64,000 bases of DNA from Eledone cirrhosa. Taxonomy: Eukaryota. The position numbers and the translations under genes were made by a program. The stretch spans positions 1-64,000 of the forward strand of contig CAXHJY010000901.1 of assembly GCA_964016885.1 (NCBI GenBank), read 5' to 3'. Position 1 is the stretch's first letter; each line of letters opens with the position of its first letter. The notes beneath the pieces were generated by a model. It worked only from the letters and a program-made list of their open reading frames with translations, was not told the origin of the DNA and did no database searches. This document shows positions 13,001 to 23,929 of the stretch, piece by piece.

Positions 13001-16000
13001 GCTAAGCTATCCTAAGCTAAGCTATTCTAAGCTAAGCTAAGCTAAGCTATCCTAAGCTAAGCTAAGCTAAGCTATCCTAAGCTAAGCTAAGCTAAGCTAT
13101 CCTAAGCTAAGCTAAGCTAAGCAATCCTAAGCTAAGCTAAGCTAAGCTATCCTAAGCTAAGCTAAGCTAAGCTATCCTAAGCTAAGCTAAGCTATCCTAA
13201 GCTAAGCTAAGCTAAGCTATCCTAAGCTAAGCTAAGCTAAGCTATCCTAAGCTATCCTAAGCTAAGCTATCCTAAGCTAAGCTATCCTAAGCTATCCCAA
13301 GCTAAGCTATCCTAAGCTAAGCTAAGCTAAGCTATCCTAAGCTAAGCTATCCTAAGCTAAGCTATCCTAAGCTATCCTAAGCTAAGCTATCCTAATCTAT
13401 CCTAAGCTAAGCTATCCTAAGCTATCCTAAGCTAAGCTATCCTAAGCTATCCTAAGCTAAGCTAAGCTAAGCTATCCTAAGCTATCCTAAGCTAAGCTAT
13501 CCTAAGCTAAACTATCCTAAGCTATCCTAAGCTAAGCTATCCTAAGCTATCCTAAGCTAAGCTATCCTAAGCTATCCTAAGCTAAGCTAAGCTAAGCTAT
13601 CCTAAGCTAAGCTAAGCTAAGCTATCCTAAGCTAAGCTAAGCTAAGCTATCCTAAGCTAAGTTAAGCTAAGCTATCCTAAGCTATCCTAAGCTAAGCTAT
13701 CCTAAGCTAAGCTATCCTAAGCTATCCTAAGCTAAGCTATCCTAAGCTATCCTAAGCTAAGCTATCCTAAGCTAAGCTATCCTAAGCTAAGCTATCCTAA
13801 GCTATCCTAAGCTAAGCTATCCTAAGCTATCCTAAGCTAAGCTATCCTAAGCTATCCTAAGCTAAGCTAAGCTAAGCTATCCTAAGCTAAGCTAAGCTAA
13901 GCTATCCTAAGCTAAGCTAAGCTAAGCTATCCTAAGCTAAGCTAAGCTAAGCTATCCTAAGCTATCCTAAGCTAAGCTATCCTAAGCTAAGCTATCCTAA
14001 GCTAAGCTATCCTAAGCTATCCTAAGCTAAGCTATCCTAAGCTAAGCTCTCCTAAGGTAAGCTATCCTAAGCTATCCTAAGCTAAGCTATCCTAAGCTAT
14101 CCTAAGCTAAGCTAAGCTAAGCTATCCTAAGCTAAGCTAAGCTAAGCTATCCTAAGCTAAGCTAAGCTAAGCTATCCTAAGTTAAGCTAAGCTAAGCTAT
14201 CCTAAGCTAAGTTAAGCTAAGCTATCCTAAGCTAAGCTAAGCTAAGCTATCCTAAGCTAAGCTAAGCTAAGCTCTCCTAAGCTAAGCTATCCTAAGCTAT
14301 CCTAAGCTAAGCTAAGCTATCCTAAGCTAAGCTAAGCTAAGCTATCCTAAGCTAAGCTAAGCTATCCTAAGCTAAGCTAAGCGATCCTAAGCTAAGCTAA
14401 GCTAAGCTATCCTAAGCTAAGCTAAGCTAAGCTATCCTAAGCTAAGCTAAGCTAAGCTATCCTAAGCTAAGCTAAGCTAAGCTATCCTAAGCTAAGCTAA
14501 GCTAAGCTATCCTAAGCTAAGCTAAGCTAAGCTATCCTAAGCAAAGCTAAGCTAAGCTATCCTAAGCTAAGCTATCCTAAGCTAAGCTATCCTAAGCTAT
14601 CCTAAGCTAAGCTATCCTAAGCTAAGCTAAGCTAAGCTAACCTAAGCTAAGCTATCCTAAGCTAAGCTAAGCTAAGCTATCCTAAGCTAAGCTAAGCTAA
14701 GCTATCCTAAGCTATCCTAAGCTAAGCTATCCTAAGCTAAGCTATCCTAAGCTAAGCTATCCTAAGCTATCCTAAGCTAAGCTATCCTAAGCTAAGCTCT
14801 CCTAAGGTAAGCTATCCTAAGCTATCCTAAGCTAAGCTATCCTAAGCTATCCTAAGCTAAGCTAAGCTAAGCTATCCTAAGCTAAGCTAAGCTAAGCTAT
14901 CCTAAGCTAAGCTAAGCTAAGCTAAGCTATCCTAAGCTAAGCTAAGCTAAGCTACCTAAGCTAAGCTAAGCTATCCTAAGCTAAGCTAAGCTAAGCTATC
15001 CTAAGCTAAGCTAAGCTCTCCTAAGCTAAGCTAAGCTAAGCTATCCTAAGCTAAGCTAAGCTTTCCTAAGCTAAGCTAAGCTAAGCTATCCTAAGCTAAG
15101 CTAATCTATCCTAAGCTAAGCTAAGCTAAGCTATCCTAAGCTAAGCTAAGCTAAGCTATCCTAAGCTAAGCTAAGCTAAGCTATCCTAAGCAAAGCTAAG
15201 CTATCCTAAGCTAAGCTAAGCTATCCTAAGCTAAGCTAAGCTAAGCTATCCTAAGCTAAGCTATCCTAAGCTAAGCTAAGCTAAGCTATCCTAAGCTAAG
15301 CTAAGCTAAGCTATCCTAAGCTAAGCTAAGCTAAGCTATCCTAAGCTAAGCTAAGCTAAGCTATCCTAAGCAAAGCTAAGCTAAGCTATCCTAAGCTAAG
15401 CTATCCTAAGCTAAGCTAAGCTAAGCTATCCTAAGCTAAGCTAAGCTAAGCTATCCTAAGCAAAGCTAAGCTATCCTAAGCTAAGCTAAGCTAAGCTATC
15501 CTAAGCTAAGCTAAGCTATCCTAAGCTAAGCTAAGCTAAGCTATCCTAAGCTAAGCTAAGCTATCCTAAGCTAAGCAAAGCTAAGCTATCCTAAGCTAAG
15601 CTAAGCTAAGCTATCCTAAGCTAAGCTAAGCTAAGCTATCCTAAGCCATCCTAAGCTATCCTAAGCTAACCTAAGCTAAGCTATCCTAAGCTAAGCTAAG
15701 CTGAGCTATCCTAAGCTAAGCTAAGCTATCCTAAGCTAAGCTAAGCTAAGCTATCCTAAGCTAAGCTAAGCTAAGCTATCCTAAGCTAAGCTAAGCTAAG
15801 CTATCCTAAGCTAAGCTAAGCTATCCTAAGCTAAGCTAAGCTAAGCTATCCTAAGCTAAGCTAAGCTAAGCTATCCTAAGCTATCCTAAGCTAAGCTATC
15901 CTAAGCTAAGCTATCCTAAGCTATCCTAAGCTAAGCTATCCTAAGCTAAGCTAAGCTAAGCTATCCTAAGCTAAGCTATCCTAAGCTAAGCTATCCTAAG

Positions 16001-19000
16001 CTATCCTAAGCTAAGCTATCCTAAGCTATCCTAAGCTAAGCTATCCTAAGCTATCCTAAGCTAAGCTATCCTAAGCTATCCTAAGCTAAGCTAAGCTAAG
16101 CTATCCTAAGCTAAGCTAAGCTAAGCTAAGCTATCCTAAGCTAAGCTAAGCTAAGCTATCCTAAGCTAAGCTAAGCTAAGCTATCCTAAGCTATCCTAAG
16201 CTAAGCTATCCTAAGCTAAGCTATCCTAAGCTATCCTAAGCTAAGCTCTCCTAAGCTAAGCTATCCAAAGCTAAGCTATCCTAAGCTATCCTAAGCTAAG
16301 CTATCCTAAGCTATCCTAAGCTAAGCTAAGCTAAGCTATCCTAAGCTAAGCTAAGCTAAGCTATCCTAAGCTAAGCTAAGCTAAGCTTTCCTAAGCTATC
16401 CTAAGCTAAGCTATTCTAAGCTAAGCTATCCTAAGCTATCCTAAGCTAAGCTATCCTAAGCTATCCTAAGCTAAGCTATCCTAAGCTAATCTATCCTAAG
16501 CTAAGCTATCCTAAGCTAACCTAAGCTAAGCTATCCTAAGCTATCCTAAGCTAAGCTATCCTAAGCTATCCTAGGCTAAGCTAAGCTAAGCTATCCTAAG
16601 CTAAGCTAAGCTAAGCTATCCTAAGCTAAGCTAAGCTAAGCTATCCTAAGCTAAGCTAAGCTAAGCTATCCTAAGCTATCCTAAGCTAAGCTATCCTAAG
16701 CTAAGCTATCCTAAGCTAAGCTATCCTAAGCTATCCTAAGCTAAGCTATCCTAAGCTATCCTAAGCTAAGCTATCCTAAGCTAAGCTATCCTAAGCTAAG
16801 CTATCCTAAGCTATCCTAAGCTAAGCTATCCTAAGCTATCCTAAGCTAAGCTATCCTAAGCTATCCTAAGCTAAGCTAAGCTAAGCTATCCTAAGCTAAG
16901 CTAAGCTAAGCTATCCTAAGCTAAGCTAAGCTAAGCTATCCTAAGCTAAGCTAAGCTAAGCTATCCTAAGCGATCCTAAGCTAAGCTATCCTAAGCTAAG
17001 CTATCCTAAGCTATCCTAAGCTAAGCAATCCTAAGCTATCCTAAGCTAAGCTATCCTAAGCTAAGCTATCCTAAGCTATCCTAAGCTAAGCTATCCTAAG
17101 CTATCCTAAGCTAAGCTATCCTAAGCTATCCTAAGCTAAGCTAAGCTAAGCTAACCTAAGCTAAGCTATCCTAAGCTAAGCTAAGCTAAGCTATCCTAAG
17201 CTAAGCTAAGCTAAGCTATCCTAAGCTATCCTAAGCTAAGCTATCCTAAGCTAAGCTATCCTAAGCTAAGCTATCCTAAGCTATCCTAAGCTAAGCTATC
17301 CTAAGCTAAGCTCTCCTAAGGTAAGCTATCCTAAGCTATCCTAAGCTAAGCTATCCTAAGCTATCCTAAGCTAAGCTAAGCTAAGCTATCCTAAGCTAAG
17401 CTAAGCTAAGCTACCTAAGCTAAGCTAAGCTAAGCTATCCTAAGCTAAGCTAAGCTAAGCTATCCTAAGCTAAGCTAAGCTCTCCTAAGCTAAGCTAAGC
17501 TAAGCTATCCTAAGCTAAGCTAAGCTTTCCTAAGCTAAGCTAAGCTAAGCTATCCTAAGCTAAGCTAATCTATCCTAAGCTAAGCTAAGCTAAGCTATCC
17601 TAAGCTAAGCTAAGCTAAGCTATCCTAAGCTAAGCTAAGCTAAGCTATCCTAAGCTAAGCTAAGCTAAGCTATCCTAAGCTAAGCTAAGCTAAGCTATCC
17701 TAAGCTAAGCTAAGCTAAGCTATCCTAAGCTAAGCTAAGCTAAGCTATCCTAAGCTAAGCTATCCTAAGCTAAGCTAAGCTATCCTAAGCTAAGCTAAGC
17801 TAAGCTATCCTAAGCTAAGCTAAGCTAAGCTATCCTAAGCTAAGCTAAGCTATCCTAAGCTAAGCTAAGCTAAGCTATCCTAAGCTAAGCTAAGCTAAGC
17901 TATCCTAAGCTAAGCTAAGCTAAGCTATCCTAAGCTATCCTAAGCTATCCTAAGCTAAGCTATCCTAAGCTATCCTAAGCTAAGCTAAGCTAAGCTATCC
18001 TAAGCTAAGCTAAGCTAAGCTATCCTAAGCTAAGCTAAGCTAAGCTATCCTAAGCTAAGCTAAGCTAAGCTATCCTAAGCTATCCTAAGCTAAGCTATCC
18101 TAAGCTAAGCTATTCTAAGCTATCCTAAGCTAAGCTATCCTAAGCTATCCTAAGCTAAGCTATCCTAAGCTAAGCTATCCTAAGCTATCCTAAGCTAAGC
18201 TATCCTAAGCTAAGCTAAGCTAAGCTAACCTAAGCTAAGCTATCCTAAGCTAAGCTAAGCTAAGCTATCCTAAGCTAAGCTAAGCTAAGCTATCCTAAGC
18301 TATCCTAAGCTAAGCTATCCTAAGCTAAGCTATCCTAAGCTAAGCTATCCTAAGCTATCCTAAGCTAAGCTATCCTAAGCTAAGCTAAGCTAAGCTATCC
18401 TAAGCTAAGCTATCCTAAGCTATCCTAAGCTAAGCTAAGCTAAGCTAACCTAAGCTAAGCTATCCTAAGCTAAGCTATCCTAAGCTAAGCTATCCTAAGC
18501 TATCCTAAGCTAAGCTATCCTAAGCTATCCTAAGCTAACCTAAGCTAAGCTATCCTAAGCTAAGCTAAGCTAAGCTATCCTAAGCTAAGCTAAGCTAAGC
18601 TATCCTAAGCTAAGCTAAGCTAAACTATCCTAAGCTAAGCTAAGCTAAGCTATCCTAAGCTATCCTAAGCTAAGCTATCCTAAGCTAAGCTAAGCTAAGC
18701 TATCCTAAGCTAAGCTAAGCTAAGCTATCCTAAGCTAAGCTAAGCTAAGCTATCCTAAGCTAAGCTATCCTAAGCTATCCTAAGCTAAGCTAAGCTAAGC
18801 TAACCTAAGCTAAGCTATCCTAAGCTAAGCTATCCTAAGCTAAGCTATCCTAAGCTAAGCTAAGCTAAGCTTTCCTAAGCTAAGCTAAGCTGAGCTATCC
18901 TAAGCTAAGCTAAGCTATCCTAAGCTAAGCTAAGCTAAGCTATCCTAAGCTAAGCTAAGCTAAGCTATCCTAAGCTAAGCTAAGCTAAGCTATCCTAAGC

Positions 19001-22000
19001 TAAGCTAAGCTATCCTAAGCTAAGCTAAGCTAAGCTATCCTAAGCTAAGCTAAGCTAAGCTATCCTAAGCTATCCTAAGCTAAGCTATCCTAAGCTAAGC
19101 TATCCTAAGCTATCCTAAGCTAAGCTATCCTAAGCTAAGCTAAGCTATCCTAAGCTAAGCTATCCTAAGCTAAGCTATCCTAAGCTATCCTAAGCTAAGC
19201 TATCCTAAGCTATCCTAAGCTAAGCTATCCTAAGCTATCCTAAGCTAAGCTATCCTAAGCTATCCTAAGCTAAGCTAAGCTAAGCTATCCTAAGCTAAGC
19301 TAAGCTAAGCTAAGCTATCCTAAGCTAAGCTAAGCTAAGCTAAGCTATCCTAAGCTAAGCTAAGCTAAGCTATCCTAAGCTATCCTAAGCTAAGCTATCC
19401 TAAGCTAAGCTATCCTAAGCTATCCTAAGCTAAGCTATCCTAAGCTATCCTAAGCTAAGCTCTCCTAAGCTAAGCTATCCAAAGCTAAGCTATCCTAAGC
19501 TATCCTAAGCTAAGCTATCCTAAGCTATCCTAAGCTAAGCTAAGCTAAGCTATCCTAAGCTAAGCTAAGCTAAGCTATCCTAAGCTAAGCTAAGCTAAGC
19601 TTTCCTAAGCTATCCTAAGCTAAGCTATTCTAAGCTAAGCTATCCTAAGCTATCCTAAGCTAAGCTATCCTAAGCTATCCTAAGCTAAGCTATCCTAAGC
19701 TATCCTAAGCTAAGCTATCCTAACCTAAGCTATCCTAAGCTATCCTAAGCTAAGCTATCCTAAGCTATCCTAAGCTAAGCTATCCTAAGCTATCCTAAGC
19801 TAAGCTAAGCTAAGCTATCCTAAACTAAGCTAAGCTATCCTAAGCTAAGCTAAGCTAAGCTATCCTAAGCTAAGCTAAGCTAAGCTAAGCTAAGCTATCC
19901 TAAGCTAAGCTAAGCTAAGCTAAGCTATCCTAAGCTAAGCTAAGCTAAGCTAAGCTATCCTAAGCTAAGCTAAGCTAAGCTAAGCTAAGCTAAGCTATCC
20001 TAAGCTAAGCTAAGCTAAGCTATCCTAAGCCAAGCTAAGCTAAGCTATCCTAAGCCAAGCTAAGCTAAGCTATCCTAAGCTAAGCTAAGCTAAGCTATCC
20101 TAAGCTAAGCTAAGCTAAGCTATCCTAAGCTAAGCTAAGCTAAGCTATCCTAAGCTAAGCTAAGCTAAGCTATACTAAGCTAAGCTAAGCTAAGCTATAC
20201 TAAGCTAAGCTAAGCTAAGCTATCCTAAGCTAAGCTAAGCTAAGCTATCCTAAGCTAAGCTAAGCTAAGCTATCCTAAGCTAAGCTAAGCTATCCTAAGC
20301 TAAGCTATCCTAAGCTAAGCTAAGCTAAGCTATCCTAAGCTAAGCTAAGCTAAGCTATCCTAAGCTAAGCTAAGCTATCCTAAGCTAAGCTAAGCTAAGC
20401 TATCCTAAGCTAAGCTAAGCTATCCTAAGCTAAGCTAAGCTAAGCTATCCTAAGCTAAGCTAAGCTAAGCTATCCTAAGCTAAGCTAAGCTAAACTATCC
20501 TAAGCTAAGCTAAGCTATCCTAAGCTAAGCTAAGCTAAGCTAAGCTAAGCTAAGCTAAGCTAAGCTTTCCTAAGCTATCCTAAGCTAAGCTATCCTAAGC
20601 TAAGCTAAGCTAAGCTATCCTAAGCTAAGCTAAGCTATCCTAAGCTAAGCTAAGCTAAGCTATCCTAAGCTAAGCTATCCTAAGCTATCCTAAGCTAAGC
20701 TATCCTAAGCTATCCTAAGCTAAGCTATCATAAGCTAAGCTATTCTAAGCTAAGCTAAGCTAAGCTATCCTAAGCTAAGCTAAGCTAAGCTATCCTAAGC
20801 TAAGCTAAGCTAAGCTATCCTAAGCTAAGCTAAGCTAAGCTATCCTAAGCTAAGCTAAGCTAAGCTATCCTAAGCTAAGCTAAGCTAAGCTATCCTAAGC
20901 TAAGTTAAGCTATCCTAAGCTAAGCTAAGCTAAGCTAAGCTATCCTAAGCTATCCTAAGCTATCCTAAGCTAAGCTATCCTAAGCTAAGCTATCCTAAGC
21001 TAAGCTATCCTAAGCTATCCTAAGCTAAGCTATCCTAAGCTATCCTAAGCTAACCTAAGCTAAGCTATCCTAAGCTAAGCTAAGCTAAGCTATCCTAAGC
21101 TAAGCTAAGCTAAGCTATCCTAAGCTAAGCTAAGCTAAACTATCCTAAGCTAAGCTAAGCTAAGCTATCCTAAGCTATCCTAAGCTAAGCTATCCTAAGC
21201 TAAGCTAAGCTAAGCTATCCTAAGCTAAGCTAAGCTAAGCTATCCTAAGCTAAGCTAAGCTATCCTAAGCTAAGCTATCCTAAGCTATCCTAAGCTAAGC
21301 TAAGCTAAGCTAACCTAAGCTAAGCTATCCTAAGCTAAGCTATCCTAAGCTAAGCTATCCTAAGCTAAGCTAAGCTAAGCTTTACTAAGCTAAGCTAAGC
21401 TGAGCTATCCTAAGCTAAGCTAAGCTATCCTAAGCTAAGCTAAGCTAAGCTATCCTAAGCTAAGCTAAGCTAAGCTATCCTAAGCTAAGCTAAGCTAAGC
21501 TATCCTAAGCTAAGCTAAGCTATCCTAAGCTAAGCTAAGCTAAGCTATCCTAAGCTAAGCTAAGCTAAGCTATCCTAAGCTATCCTAAGCTAAGCTATCC
21601 TAAGCTAAGCTATCCTAAGCTATCCTAAGCTAAGCTATCCTAAGCTAAGCTAAGCTAAGCTATCCTAAGCTAAGCTATCCTAAGCTAAGCTATCCTAAGC
21701 TATCCTAAGCTAAGCTATCCTAAGCTATCCTAAGCTAAGCTATCCTAAGCTATCCTAAGCTAAGCTATCCTAAGCTATCCTAAGCTAAGCTAAGCTATCC
21801 TAAGCTAAGCTAAGCTAAGCTAAGCTATCCTAAGCTAAGCTAAGCTAAGCTAAGCTATCCTAAGCTAAGCTAAGCTAAGCTATCCTAAGCTATCCTAAGC
21901 TAAGCTATCCTAAGCTAAGCTATCCTAAGCTATCCTAAGCTAAGCTATCCTAAGCTATCCTAAGCTAAGCTCTCCTAAGCTAAGCTATCCAAAGCTAAGC

Positions 22001-23270
22001 TATCCTAAGCTATCCTAAGCTAAGCTATCCTAAGCTATCCTAAGCTAAGCTAAGCTAAGCTATCCTAAGCTAAGCTAAGCTAAGCTATCCTAAGCTAAGC
22101 TAAGCTAAGCTTTCCTAAGCTATCCTAAGCTAAGCTATTCTAAGCTAAGCTATCCTAAGCTATCCTAAGCTAAGCTATCCTAAGCTATCCTAAGCTAAGC
22201 TATCCTAAGCTATCCTAAGCTAAGCTATCCTAACCTAAGCTATCCTAAGCTATCCTAAGCTAAGCTATCCTAAGCTATCCTAAGCTAAGCTATCCTAAGC
22301 TATCCTAAGCTAAGCTAAGCTAAGCTATCCTAAACTAAGCTAAGCTATCCTAAGCTAAGCTAAGCTAAGCTATCCTAAGCTAAGCTAAGCTAAGCTAAGC
22401 TAAGCTATCCTAAGCTAAGCTAAGCTAAGCTAAGCTATCCTAAGCTAAGCTAAGCTAAGCTAAGCTATCCTAAGCTAAGCTAAGCTAAGCTAAGCTAAGC
22501 TAAGCTATCCTAAGCTAAGCTAAGCTAAGCTATCCTAAGCCAAGCTAAGCTAAGCTATCCTAAGCCAAGCTAAGCTAAGCTATCCTAAGCTAAGCTAAGC
22601 TAAGCTATCCTAAGCTAAGCTAAGCTAAGCTATCCTAAGCTAAGCTAAGCTAAGCTATCCTAATCTAAGCTAAGCTAAGCTATCCTAAGCTAAGCTAAGC
22701 TAAGCTATACTAAGCTAAGCTAAGCTAAGCTATCCTAAGCTAAGCTAAGCTAAGCTATCCTAAGCTAAGCTAAGCTAAGCTATCCTAAGCTAAGCTAAGC
22801 TATCCTAAGCTAAGCTATCCTAAGATAAGCTAAGCTAAGCTATCCTAAGCTAAGCTAAGCTAAGCTATCCTAAGCTAAGCTAAGCTATCCTAAGCTAAGC
22901 TAAGCTAAGCTATCCTAAGCTAAGCTAAGCTATCCTAAGCTAAGCTAAGCTAAGCTATCCTAAGCTAAGCTAAGCTAAGCTATCCTAAGCTAAGCTAAGC
23001 TAAACTATCCTAAGCTAAGCTAAGCTATCCTAAGCTAAGCTAAGCTAAGCTAAGCTAAGCTAAGCTAAGCTAAGCTTTCCTAAGCTATCCTAAGCTAAGC
23101 TATCCTAAGCTAAGCTAAGCTAAGCTATCCTAAGCTAAGCTAAGCTATCCTAAGCTAAGCTAAGCTAAGCTATCCTAAGCTAAGCTATCCTAAGCTATCC
23201 TAAGCTAAGCTATCCTAAGCTATCCTAAGCTAAGCTATCCTAAGCTAAGCTATTCTAAGCTAAGCTAAGC
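10100..23270 (+). repeat. ~13 kb block, copy 1 (direct repeat of ~50820-64000)
   Basis: Offset ~40.72-40.75 kb: CTAAC 10148/50864, CTAC 10463/51179, ATATC 11427/52143, CTAC 14952/55673, CTAGG 16571/57322, CTAC 17411/58162, CTATT 18110/58861, CTGAG 18890/59641, CTATT 23250/63981. Confidence 0.92.
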
Positions 23271-23500
23271 TAAGCTATCCTAAGCTAAGCTAAGCTATCC
23301 TAAGCTAAGCTAAGCTAAGCTATCCTAAGCTAAGCTAAGCTAAGCTATCCTAAGCTAAGCTAAGCTAAGCTATCCTAAGCTAAGTTAAGCTATCCTAAGC
23401 TAAGCTAAGCTAAGCTAAGCTATCCTAAGCTATCCTAAGCTATCCTAAGCTAACCTAAGCTAAGCTATCCTAAGCTAAGCTAAGCTAAGCTATCCTAAGC
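18480..23500 (+). repeat. Tandem duplication of a ~2.5 kb unit lacking the CTAC/GTAAG cassette (2 copies)
   Basis: CTGAG 18890/21400, CAAAG 19480/21990, CCAAG pair 20030/22540 (offset 2510); TTAAG 20905/23385 (offset 2480). Confidence 0.92.
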
Positions 23501-23929
23501 TAAGCTAAGCTAAGCTATCCTAAGCTAAGCTAAGCTATCCTAAGCTAAGCTAAGCTATCCTAAGCTAAGCTAAGCTAAGCTATCCTAAGCTATCCTAAGC
23601 TAAGCTATCCTAAGCTAAGCTAAGCTAAGCTATCCTAAGCTAAGCTAGGCTAAGCTATCCTAAGCTAAGCTAAGCTAAGCTATCCTAAGCTAAGCTAAGC
23701 TATCCTAAGCTAAGCTAAGCTAAGCTATCCTAAGCTAAGCTAAGCTAAGCTATCCTAAGCTATCCTAAGCTAAGCTATCCTAAGCTAAGCTAAGCTAAGC
23801 TATCCTAAGCTAAGCTAAGCTAAGCTATCCTAAGCTAAGCTAAGCTATCCTAAGCTAAGCTAAGCTAAGCTATCCTAAGCTAAGCTAAGCTAAGCTATCC
23901 TAAGCTATCCTAAGCTAAGCTATCCTAAG

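Larger units (their letters stand above)
2670..16865 (+). repeat. ~14 kb block, copy 1 (direct repeat of ~27520-41825)
   Basis: Rare variants recur in the same order at offset ~24.85-24.96 kb: CTAAC 2691/27543, CTGTC 2831/27683, GTAAG 2921/27773, ATATC 2976/27828, CTAAT 3111/27963, CTAC 3646/28498, 6140/30997, 7109/31971, 10463/35305, 14952/39884, CTAGG 16571/41528. Confidence 0.92.
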
